Assembly: GCA_964016885.1 (NCBI GenBank)
Contig: OZ024740.1
Coordinates: forward strand, 416,888,001 to 416,952,000
Direction of reading: 5' to 3'
Length of the DNA stretch: 64,000 nt
Source: Eledone cirrhosa
Lineage: Eukaryota
Of this stretch, positions 12,600-24,800 are shown in pieces (the first letter of the stretch is position 1; each line of letters opens with the position of its first letter). The translations under genes were made by a program, and so were the position numbers. The notes under the pieces are model-generated. The model searched no databases. It was not told the origin of the DNA and worked only from the letters and a program-made list of their open reading frames with translations.

Positions 12600-15500
12600 T
12601 GTTGTTACAGTATAGTTTGTTGCAATGTGTTGGTGGTGTTGGTACAGTATAGTTTGTTGTGATGTGTTGGTGGTGTTGGTAAAGTATAGTTTGTTGAAAT
12701 GTGTTGGTGGTGTTGGCACAGTATAGTTTGTTGTGATGTGTTGGTGGTGTTGGTAGAGTATAGTTTGTTGTGATGAGTTGGTGGTGTTGGCACAGTATAG
12801 TTTGTTGTGATGTGTTGGTGGTGTTGGTACAGTATAGTTTGTTGTGATGTGTTGGTGGTGTTGGTACAGTATAGTTTATTGTGATGTGATGGTGGTGTTG
12901 GTACAGTATAATTTGTTGTGATGTGTCGGTTGTGTTGGTACAGTATAGTTTGTTGTGATGTGTTGGTGGTGTTGGTAGAGTACAGTTTATTTTGATGTGT
13001 TGGTGGTGTTGGCACAGTATAGTTTGTTGTGATGTGTTGGTGCTGTTGGTACAGTATAGTTTGTTGTGATGAGTTGCTGGTGTTGGTAGAGTATAGTTTG
13101 TTGTGATTTGTTGGTGGTGTTGGTAGAGTATAGTTTGTTGTGATGTGTTGGTGGTGTTGACACAGTATAGTTTGTTGTGATGTGTTGGTACAGTATAGTT
13201 TGTTGTGATGTGTTGGTGGTGTTGGGAGAGTATCGTTTGTTGTGATGTGTTGGTGGTGTTGGCACAGTATAGTTTGTTGTGATGTGTTGGTGGTGTTGGT
13301 AGAGTATAGTTTGTTGTGATGTGTTGGTGGTGTTGTCACAGTATAGTTTGTTGTGATGTGTTGGTGGTGTTGGTAGAGTATAGTTTGTTGTGATGTGTTG
13401 GTAGTGTTGGTACAGTATTGTTTGTTGTGATGTGTTGGTGGTGTTGGTACAGTGTAGTTTGTGGTAATGTGTTGGTAGTGTTGATACAGTATAGTTTGTT
13501 GTGATGTGTTGGTGGTGTTGGCACAGTATAGTTTGTTGTGATGTGGTGGTGGTGTTGGTAGTGTATAGTTTGTTGTGATGTGTTGGTCGTGTTGATACAT
13601 TATAGTTTGTTGTGATGTGTTGGTGGTGTTGGCACAGTATAGTTTGTTGTGATGTGGTGGTGGTGTTGGTAGAGTATAGTTTGTTGTGTTGTGTTGGTGG
13701 TGTTGGTAGAGTATAGTTTGTTATGATGTGTTGGTGGTGTTGGTACAGTATAGTTTGTTGTGATGTGTTGGTGGTGTTGGGAGAGTATCGTTTGTTGTGA
13801 TGTGTTGGTGGTGTTGGCACAGTATAGGTTGTTGTGATGTGTTGGTGGTGTTGGTAGAGTATAGTTTGTTGTGATGTGTTGGTGGTGTTGACACAGAATA
13901 GTTTGTTGTGATGTGTTGGTGGTGTTGGTAGAGTATAGTTTGTTGTGATGTGTTGGTAGTGTTGGTACAGTATTGTTTGTTGTGATGTGTTGGTGGTGTT
14001 GGCACAGTGTAGTTTGTGGTGATGTGTTGGTAGTGTTGATACAGTATAGTTTGTTGTGATGTGTTGGTGGTGTTGGCACAGTATAGTTTGTTGTGATGAG
14101 GTGGTGGTGTTGGTAGAGTATAGTTTGTTGTGATGTGTTGGTAGTGTTGATACATTATAGTTTGTTGTGATGTGTTGGTGGTGTTGATACAGTATAGTTT
14201 GTTGTGATGTGTTGGTGGTGTTGGTAGAGTATAGTTTGTTGTGATGTGTTGGTGGTGTTGGCACAGTATAGTTTGTTGTGAGGTGTTGGTGGTGTTGTTA
14301 CATTATAGTTTGTTGTGATGTGTTGGTGGTGTTGGTACAGTATAGTTTGTTGTGATGTGTTGGTGGTGTTGGCACAGTATAGTTTGGTGTGATGTGTTGA
14401 TGGTGTTGGTAGAGTATAGTGTGTTGTGATGTGTTGGTGGTGTTGGCAGAGTATAGTTTGTTGTGATGTGTTGGTGGTGTTGGTACAGTATAGTTTGTTG
14501 TGATGGGTTGGTGGTGTTGGTAGAGTATAGTGTGTTGTGATGTGTTGGTGGTGTTGGCACAGTATAGTTTGTTGTGATGTGTTGGTGGTGTTGGTACAGT
14601 ATAGTTTGTTGTGATGTGTTGGTGGTGTTGGTAGAGTATAGTTTGTTGTGATGTGTTGGTGCCGTTGGCACAGTCTAGTTTGTTGTGATGTGTTGGTGGT
14701 GTTGGCACATTATAGTCTGTTGTGATGTGTTGGTGGTGTTGGCACAGTATAGTCTGTTGTGATGTGTTGGTGGTGTTGGTAGAGTATAGTTTGTTGTGAT
14801 GTGTTGGTAGTGTTGGTACAGTATAGTTTGTTGTGATGTGTTGGTGGTGTTGGTACAGTGTAGTTTGTGGTGATGTGTTGGTGATGTTGGCACAGTATAG
14901 TTTGTTGTCATGTGTTGGTGGTGTTGGTAGAGTATAGTTGGTTGTGATGTCTTGGTGGTGTTGGTACATTATAGTTTGTTGTGATGTGTTGGTAGTGTTG
15001 ATACAGTATAGTTTGTTGTGATGTGGTGGTGGTGTTGGTAGAGTATAGTTTGTTGTGATGTGTTGGTGGTGTTGGTAGAGTATAGTTTGTCATGATGTGT
15101 TGGTGGTGTTGGTAGAGTATAGTTTGTTGTGATGTGTTGGTGGTGTTGGTAGAGTATAGTTTGTTGTGATGTGTTGGTGTTGTTGGTACAGTATAGTTTG
15201 TTGTGATGTGTTGGTGGTGTTCGTACAGTATAGTTTGTTGTGATGTGTTGATGGTGTTGTTAGAGTATAGTTTGTTGTGATGTGTTGATGGTGTTGGTAG
15301 AGTATAGTTTGTTGTGATATGTTGGTGGTGTTGGCACAGTATAGTTTGTTGTGATGTGTTGGTGGTGTTGGCACAGCATAGTTTGTTGTGATGTGTTGGT
15401 GGTGTTGGCACAGTATAGTTTGTTGTGATGTGTTGGTGGTGTTGTTACAGTATAGTTTGTTGCGATGTGTTGGTGGTGTTGTTACAGTATAGTTTGTTGT

Positions 15501-18500
15501 GATGTGTTGGTGGTGTTGGTACAGTATAGTTTGTTGTGATGTGTTGGTGGTGTTGGTACAGTATAGTTTGTTGTGATGTGTTGGTGGTGTTGGTACAGTA
15601 TAGTTTATTGTGATGTGATGGTGGTGTTGGTACAGTATAATTTGTTGTGATGTGTTGGTTGTGTTGGTACAGTATAGTTTGTTGTGATGTGTTGGTGGTG
15701 TTGGTAGAGTACAGTATTATTTTGATGTGTTGGTGGTGTTGGCACAGTATAGTTTGTTGTGATGTGTTGGTGAAGTTGGTACAGTATAGTTTGTTGTGAT
15801 GAGTTGGTGGTGTTGGTAGAGTATAGTTTGTTGTGATTTGTTGGTGGTGTTGGTAGAGTATAGTTTGTTGTGATGTGTTGGTGGTGTTGACACAGTATAG
15901 TTTGTTGTGATGTGTTGGTGGTGTTGGTACAGTATAGTTTGTTGTGATGTGTTGGTGGTGTTGGGAGAGTATCGTTTGTTGTGATGTGTTGGTGGTGTTG
16001 GCACAGTATAGTTTGTTGTGATGTGTTGGTGGTGTTGGTAGAGTATAGTTTGTTGTGATGTGTTGGTGGTGTTGACACAGAATAGTTTGTTGTGATGTGT
16101 TGGTGGTGTTGGTAGAGTATAGTTTGTTGTGATGTGTTGGTAGTGTTGGTACAGTATTGTTTGTTGTGATGTGTTGGTGGTGTTGGCACAGTGTAGTTTG
16201 TGGTGATGTGTTGGTAGTGTTGATACAGTATAGTTTGTTCTGATGTGTTGGTGGTGTTGGCACAGTATAGTTTGTTGTGATGTGGTGGTGGTGTTGGTAG
16301 AGTATAGTTTGTTGTGATGTGTTGGTAGTGTTGATACATTATAGTTTGTTGTGATGTGTTGGTTGTGTTGATACAGTATAGTTTGTTGTGATGTGTTGGT
16401 GGTGTTGGTAGAGTATAGTTTGTTGTGATGTGTTGGTGGTGTTGGCACAGTATAGTTTGTTGTGAGGTGTTGGTGGTGTTGTTACATTATAGTTTGTTGT
16501 GATGTGTTGGTGGTGTTGGTACAGTATAGTTTGTTGTGATGTGTTGGTGGTGTTGGCACAGTATAGTTTGGTGTGATGTGTTGATGGTGGTGGTAGAGTA
16601 TAGTGTGTTGTGATGTGTTGGTGGTGTTGGCACAGTATAGTTTGTTGTGATGTGTTGGTGGTGTTGGTACAGTATAGTTTGTTGTGATGTGTTGGTGGTG
16701 TTGGTAGAGTATAGTTTGTTGTGATGTGTTGGTGCCGTTGGCACAGTCTAGTTTGTTGTGATGTGTTGGTGGTGTTGGCACAGTATAGTCTGTTGTGATG
16801 TGTTGGTGGTGTTGGCACAGTATAGTCTGTTGTGATGTGTTGGTGGTGTTGGTAGAGTATAGTTTGTTGTGATGTGTTGGTAGTGTTGGTACAGTATAGT
16901 TTGTTGTGATGTGTTGGTGGTGTTGGTACAGTGTAGTTTGTGGTGATGTGTTGGTGGTGTTGGCACAGTATAGTTTGTTGTCATGTGTTGGTGGTGTTGG
17001 TAGAGTATAGTTTGTTGTGATGTCTTGGTGGTGTTGGTACATTATAGTTTGTTGTGATGTGTTGGTAGTGTTGATACAGTATAGTTTGTTGTGATGTGTT
17101 GGTGGTGTTGGCACAGTATAGTTTGTTGTGATGTGGTGGTGGTGTTGGTAGAGTATAGTTTGTTGTGATGTGTTGGTGGTGTTGGTAGAGTATAGTTTGT
17201 TATGATGTGTTGGTGATGTTGGTAGAGTATAGTTTGTTGTGATGTGTTGGTGGTGTTGGTAGAGTATAGTTTGTTGTGATGTGTTGGTGTTGTTGGTACA
17301 GTATAGTTTGTTGTGATGTGTTGGTGGTGTTGGCACAGTATAGTTTGTTGTGATGTGTTGGTGGTGTTGGCACAGCATAGTTTGTTGTGATGTGTTGGTG
17401 GTGTTGTTACAGTATAGTTTGTTGCAATGTGTTGGTGGTGTTGGTACAGTATAGTTTGTTGTGATGTGTTGGTGGTGTTGGTAAAGTATAGTTTGTTGAA
17501 ATGTGTTGGTGGTGTTGGCACAGTATAGTTTGTTGTGATGTGTTGGTGGTGTTGGTAGAGTATAGTTTGTTGTGATGAGTTGGTGGTGTTGGCACAGTAT
17601 AGTTTGTTGTGATGTGTTGGTGGTGTTGGTACAGTATAGTTTGCTGTGATGTGTTGGTGGTGTTGGTACATTATAGTTTATTGTGATGTGATGGTGGTGT
17701 TGGTACAGTATAATTTGTTGTGATGTGTTGGTTGTGTTGGTACAGTATAGTTTGTTGTGATGTGTTGGTGGTGTTGGTAGAGTACAGTTTATTTTGATGT
17801 GTTGGTGGTGTTGGCACAGTATAGTTTGTTGTGATGTGTTGGTGCTGTTGGTACAGTATAGTTTGTTGTGATGAGTTGGTGGTGTTGGTAGAGTATAGTT
17901 TGTTGTGATTTGTTGGTGGTGTTGGTAGAGTATAGTTTGTTGTGATGTGTTGGTGGTGTTGACACAGTATAGTTTGTTGTGATGTGTTGGTACAGTATAG
18001 TTTGTTGTGATGTGTTGGTGGTGTTGGGAGAGTATCGTTTGTTGTGATGTGTTGGTGGTGTTGGCACAGTATAGTTTGTTGTGATGTGTTGGTAGTGTTG
18101 GTAGAGTATAGTTTGTTGTGATGTGTTGGTGGTGTTGACACAGTATAGTTTGTTGTGATGTGTTGGTGGTGTTGGTAGAGTATAGTTTGTTGTGATGTGT
18201 TGGTAGTGTTGGTACAGTATTGTTTGTTGTGATGTGTTGGTGGTGTTGGTACAGTGTAGTTTGTGGTAATGTGTTGGTAGTGTTGATACAGTATAGTTTG
18301 TTGTGATGTGTTGGTGGTGTTGGCACAGTATAGTTTGTTGTGATGTGGTGGTGGTGTTGGTAGTGTATAGTTTGTTGTGATGTGTTGGTCGTGTTGATAC
18401 ATTATAGTTTGTTGTGATGTGTTGGTGGTGTTGGCACAGTATAGTTTGTTGTGATGTGGTGGTGGTGTTGGTAGAGTATAGTTTGTTGTGTTGTGTTGGT

Positions 18501-21200
18501 GGTGTTGGTAGAGTATAGTTTGTTATGATGTGTTGGTGGTGTTGGTACAGTATAGTTTGTTGTGATGTGTTGGTGGTGTTGGGAGAGTATCGTTTGTTGT
18601 GATGTGTTGGTGGTGTTGGCACAGTATAGGTTGTTGTGATGTGTTGGTGGTGTTGGTAGAGTATAGTTTGTTGTGATGTGTTGGTGGTGTTGACACAGAA
18701 TAGTTTGTTGTGATGTGTTGGTGGTGTTGGTAGAGTATAGTTTGTTGTGATGTGTTGGTAGTGTTGGTAGAGTATAGTTTGTTGTGATGTGTTGGTAGTG
18801 TTGATACATTATAGTTTGTTGTGATGTGTTGGTGGTGTTGATACAGTATAGTTTGTTGTGATGTGTTGGTGGTGTTGGTAGAGTATAGTTTGTTGTGATG
18901 TGTTGGTGGTGTTGGCACAGTATAGTTTGTTGTGAGGTGTTGGTGGTGTTGTTACATTATAGTTTGTTGTGATGTGTTGGTGGTGTTGGTACAGTATAGT
19001 TTGTTGTGATGTGTTGGTGGTGTTGGCACAGTATAGTTTGGTGTGATGTGTTGATGGTGTTGGTAGAGTATAGTGTGTTGTGATGTGTTGGTGGTGTTGG
19101 CACAGTATAGTTTGTTGTTATGTGTTGGTGGTGTTGGTACAGTATAGTTTGTTGTGATGGGTTGGTGGTGTTGGTAGAGTATAGTGTGTTGTGATGTGTT
19201 GGTGGTGTTGGCACAGTATAGTTTGTTGTGATGTGTTGGTGGTGTTGGTACAGTATAGTTTGTTATGATGTGTTGGTGGTGTTGGTAGAGTATAGTTTGT
19301 TGTGATGTGTTGGTGCCGTTGGCACAGTCTAGTTTGTTGTGATGTGTTGGTGGTGTTGGCACAGTATAGTCTGTTGTGATGTGTTGGTGGTGTTGGCACA
19401 GTATAGTCTGTTGTGATGTGTTGGTGGTGTTGGTAGAGTATAGTTTGTTGTGATGTGTTGGTAGTGTTGGTACAGTATAGTTTGTTGTGATGTGTTGGTG
19501 GTGTTGGTACAGTGTAGTTTGTGGTGATGTGTTGGTGATGTTGGCACAGTATAGTTTGTTGTCATGTGTTGGTGGTGTTGGTAGAGTATAGTTGGTTGTG
19601 ATGTCTTGGTGGTGTTGGTACATTATAGTTTGTTGTGATGTGTTGGTAGTGTTGATACAGTATAGTTTGTTGTGATGTGGTGGTGGTGTTGGTAGAGTAT
19701 AGTTTGTTGTGATGTGTTGGTGGTGTTGGTAGAGTATAGTTTGTTATGATGTGTTGGTGGTGTTGGTAGAGTATAGTTTGTTGTGATGTGTTGGTGGTGT
19801 TGGTAGAGTATAGTTTGTTGTGATGTGTTGGTGTTGTTGGTACAGTATAGTTTGTTGTGATGTGTTGGTGGTGTTCGTACAGTATAGTTTGTTGTGATGT
19901 GTTGATGGTGTTGTTAGAGTATAGTTTGTTGTGATGTGTTGATGGTGTTGGTAGAGTATAGTTTGTTGTGATATGTTGGTGGTGTTGGCACAGTATAGTT
20001 TGTTGTGATGTGTTGGTGGTGTTGGCACAGCATAGTTTGTTGTGATGTGTTGGTGGTGTTGGCACAGTATAGTTTGTTGTGATGTGTTGGTGGTGTTGTT
20101 ACAGTATAGTTTGTTGTGATGTGTTGGTGGTGTTGTTACAGTATAGTTTGTTGTGATGTGTTGGTGGTGTTGGTACAGTATAGTTTGTTGTGATGTGTTG
20201 GTGGTGTTGGTACAGTATAGTTTGTTGTGATGTGTTGGTGGTGTTGGTACAGTATAGTTTATTGTGATGTGATTGTGGTGTTGGTACAGTATAATTTGTT
20301 GTGATGTGTTGGTTGTGTTGGTACAGTATAGTTTGTTGTGATGTGTTGGTGGTGTTGGTAGAGTACAGTATTATTTTGATGTGTTGGTGGTGTTGGCACA
20401 GTATAGTTTGTTGTGATGTGTTGGTGAAGTTGGTACAGTATAGTTTGTTGTGATGAGTTGGTGGTGTTGGTAGAGTATAGTTTGTTGTGATTTGTTGGTG
20501 GTGTTGGTAGAGTATAGTTTGTTGTGATGTGTTGGTGGTGTTGACACAGTATAGTTTGTTGTGATGTGTTGGTGGTGTTGGTACAGTATAGTTTGTTGTG
20601 ATGTGTTGGTGGTGTTGGGAGAGTATCGTTTGTTGTGATGTGTTGGTGGTGTTGGCACAGTATAGTTTGTTGTGATGTGTTGGTGGTGTTGGTAGAGTAT
20701 AGTTTGTTGTGATGTGTTGGTGGTGTTGACACAGAATAGTTTGTTGTGATGTGTTGGTGGTGTTGGTAGAGTATAGTTTGTTGTGATGTGTTGGTAGTGT
20801 TGGTACAGTATTGTTTGTTGTGATGTGTTGGTGGTGTTGGCACAGTGTAGTTTGTGGTGATGTGTTGGTAGTGTTGATACAGTATAGTTTGTTGTGATGT
20901 GTTGGTTGTGTTGGCACAGTATAGTTTGTTGTGATGTGGTGGTGGTGTTGGTAGAGTATAGTTTGTTGTGATGTGTTGGTAGTGTTGATACATTATAGTT
21001 TGTTGTGATGTGTTGGTGGTGTTGATACAGTATAGTTTGTTGTGATGTGTTGGTGGTGTTGGTAGAGTATAGTTTGTTGTGATGTGTTGGTGGTGTTGGC
21101 ACAGTATAGTTTGTTGTGAGGTGTTGGTGGTGTTGTTACTTTATAGTTTGTTGTGATGTGTTGGTGGTGTTGGTACAGTATAGTTTGTTGTGATGTGTTG
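12600..21200. repeat. Block duplication at offset 4654-4802 bp (126-130 monomers)
   Basis: ORF pairs 14298/18952, 14908/19562, 15445/20099 and 15717/20371 are all offset 4654 (126x37-9+1). Pairs 12987/17789 and 13600/18402 are offset 4802, consistent with a 4-monomer loss near 18765. Confidence 0.85.
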
Positions 21201-21844
21201 GTGGTGTTGGCACAGTATAGTTTGTTGTGATGTGTTGGTGGTGTTGGTACAGTATAGTTTGTTGTGATGTGTTGGTGGTGTTGGTAGAGTATAGTTTGTT
21301 GTGATGTGTTGGTGCCGTTGGCACAGTCTAGTTTGTTGTGATGTGTTGGTGGTGTTGGCACAGTATAGTCTGTTGTGATGTGTTGGTGGTGTTGGCACAG
21401 TATAGTCTGTTGTGATGTGTTGGTGGTGTTGGTAGAGTATAGTTTGTTGTGATGTGTTGGTAGTGTTGGTACAGTATAGTTTGTTGTGATGTGTTGGTGG
21501 TGTTGGTACAGTGTAGTTTGTGGTGATGTGTTGGTAGTGTTGGCACAGTATAGTTTGTTGTCATGTGTTGGTGGTGTTGGTAGAGTATAGTTTGTTGTGA
21601 TGTCTTGGTGGTGTTGGTACATTATAGTTTGTTGTGATGTGTTGGTAGTGTTGATACAGTATAGTTTGTTGTGATGTGTTGGTGGTGTTGGCACAGTATA
21701 GTTTGTTGTGATGTGGTGGTGGTGTTGGTAGAGTATAGTTTGTTGTGATGTGTTGGTGGTGTTGGTAGAGTATAGTTTGTTATGATGTGTTGGTGGTGTT
21801 GGTAGAGTATAGTTTGTTGTGATGTGTTGGTGGTGTTGGTAGAG

Positions 21845-24800
21845 TATAGTTTGTTGTGATGTGTTGGTGTTGTTGGTACAGTATAGTTTGTTGTGATGTG
21901 TTGGTGGTGTTCGTACAGTATAGTTTGTTGTGATGTGTTGATGGTGTTGTTAGAGTATAGTTTGTTGTGATGTGTTGATGGTGTTGGTAGAGTATAGTTT
22001 GTTGTGATATGTTGGTGGTGTTGGCACAGTATAGTTTGTTGTGATGTGTTGGTGGTGTTGGCACAGCATAGTTTGTTGTGATGTGTTGGTGGTGTTGTTA
22101 CAGTATAGTTTGTTGCAATGTGTTGGTGGTGTTGGTACAGTATAGTTTGTTGTGATGTGTTGGTGGTGGTGGTAAAGTATAGTTTGTTGAAATGTGTTGG
22201 TGGTGTTGGCACAGTATAGTTTGTTGTGATGTGTTGGTGGTGTTGGTACAGTATAGTTTGTTGTGATGTGTTGGTGGTGTTGGTAGAGTACAGTTTATTT
22301 TGATGTGTTGGTGGTGTTGGCACAGTATAGTTTGTTGTGATGTGTTGGTGCTGTTGGTACAGTATAGTTTGTTGTGATGAGTTGGTGGTGTTGGTAGAGT
22401 ATAGTTTGTTGTGATTTGTTGGTGGTGTTGGTAGAGTATAGTTTGTTGTGATGTGTTGGTGGTGTTGACACAGTATAGTTTGTTGTGATGTGTTGGTACA
22501 GTATAGTTTGTTGTGATGTGTTGGTGGTGTTGGGAGAGTATCGTTTGTTGTGATGTGTTGGTGGTGTTGGCACAGTATAGTTTGTTGTGATGTGTTGGTG
22601 GTGTTGGTAGAGTATAGTTTCTTGTGATGTGTTGGTGGTGTTGACACAGTATAGTTTGTTGTGATGTGTTGGTGGTGTTGGTAGAGTATAGTTTGTTGTG
22701 ATGTGTTGGTAGTGTTGGTACAGTATTGTTTGTTGTGATGTGTTGGTGGTGTTGGTACAGTGTAGTTTGTGGTAATGTGTTGGTAGTGTTGATACAGTAT
22801 AGTTTGTTGTGATGTGTTGGTGGTGTTGGCACAGTATAGTTTGTTGTGATGTGGTGGTGGTGTTGGTAGTGTATAGTTTGTTGTGATGTGTTGGTCGTGT
22901 TGATACATTATAGTTTGTTGTGATGTGTTGGTGGTGTTGGCACAGTATAGTTTGTTGTGATGTGGAGGTGGTGTTGGTAGAGTATAGTTTGTTGTGTTGT
23001 GTTGGTGGTGTTGGTAGAGTATAGTTTGTTATGATGTGTTGCTGGTGTTGGTACAGTATAGTTTGTTGTGATGTGTTGGTGGTGTTGGTAGAGTATAGTT
23101 TGTTGTGATGTGTTGGTGGTGTTGACACAGTATAGTTTGTTGTGATGTGTTGGTGGTGTTGGTACAGTATAGTTTGTTGTGATGTGTTGGTGGTGTTGGT
23201 ACAGTATAGTTTGTTGTGATGTGTTGGTGGTGTTGGTAGAGTATAGTTTGTTGTGATGTGTTGGTGGTGTTGGTAGAGTATAGTTTGTTATGATGTGTTG
23301 GTGGTGTTGGTAGAGTATAGTTTGTTGTGATGTGTTGGTGGTGTTGGTAGAGTGCAGTTTGTTGTGATGTGTTGGTGGTGTTGGCACAGTATAGTTTGTT
23401 GTGATGTGTTGGTGGTGTTGGTAGAGTATAGTTTGTTGTGATGTGTTGGTGGTGTTGGCACAGTATAGTTTGTTGTGATGTGTTGGTGGTGTTGGCACAG
23501 TATAGTTTGTTGTGATTTGTTGGTGGTGTTGGCACAGTATAGTTTGTTGTGATGTGTTGGTGGTGTTGGTAGAGTATAGTTTGTTGTGATGTGTTGGTGG
23601 TGTTGGTAGAGTATAGTTTGTTGTGATGTGTTGGTGGTGTTGGTACAGTATAGTTTGTTGTGATGTGTTGATGGTGTTGGTAGAGTATAGTTTGTTGTGA
23701 TGTGTTGGTGGTGTTGGTACAGTATAGTTTGTTGTGATGCGTTGGTGGTGTTCGTAGAGTATAGTTTGTTGTGATGTGTTGATGGTGTTGGTAGAGTATA
23801 GTTTGGTGTGATGTGTTGATGGTGTTGTTACAGTATAGTTTGTTGTGATGTGTTGGTGGTGTTGGTACAGTATAGTTTGTTGTTATGTGTTGGTGCTGTT
23901 GGCACAGTATAGTTTGTTGTGATGTGTTGGGGATGTTGGTAGAGTATAGTTTGTTGTGATGTGTTGGTGGTGTTGGTACATTATAGTTTGTTGTGATGTG
24001 TTGGTGGTGTTGATAGAGTATAGTTTGTTGTGATGTGTTGGTGGTGTTGGTAGAGTATAGTTTGTTGTGATGTGTTGGTGGTGTTGGTTGAGTATAGTCT
24101 GTTGTGATGTGTTGGTGGTGTAGGCACAGTATAGTTTGTTGTGATGTGTTGGTGGTGTTGGTACAGTATAGTTTGTTGTGATGTGTTGGTGGTGTTGCTA
24201 CAGTATAGTTTGTTGTGATGTGTTGGTGGTGTTTGTACAGTATAATTTGTTGTGATGTGATGGTGCTGTTGGTACAGTATAGTTTGTTGTGATGGGTTGG
24301 TGATGTTGGTACAGTATAGTTTGTTGTGATGTGTTGGTGGTGTTGGTACAGTATAATTTGTTGTGATGTGTTGGTGGTGTTGGCACGGCATAGTTTGTTG
24401 TGATGTGTTGGTGGTGTTGGTACAGTATAGTTTATTGTGATGTGTTGGTGGTGTTGGCACAGTATAGTTTGTTGTGATGTGTTGGTGGTGTTGGTAGAAT
24501 ATAATTTGTTGTGATGAGTTGGTGGTGTTGGTAGAGTATAGTTTGTTGTGATGTGTTGGTGGTGTTGGTAGAGTATAGTTTGTTGTGATGTGTTGGTGGT
24601 GTTGACACAGTATAGTTTGTTGTGATGTGTTGGTGGTGTTGGTACAGTATAGTTTGTTGTGATGTGTTGGTGGTGTTGGTAGAGTATAGTTTGTTGTGAT
24701 GTGTTGGTGGTGTTGGTAGAGTATAGTTTGTTGTGATATGTTGGTGGTGTTGGTAGAGTATAGTTTGTTATGATGTGTTGGTGGTGTTGACACAGTATAG

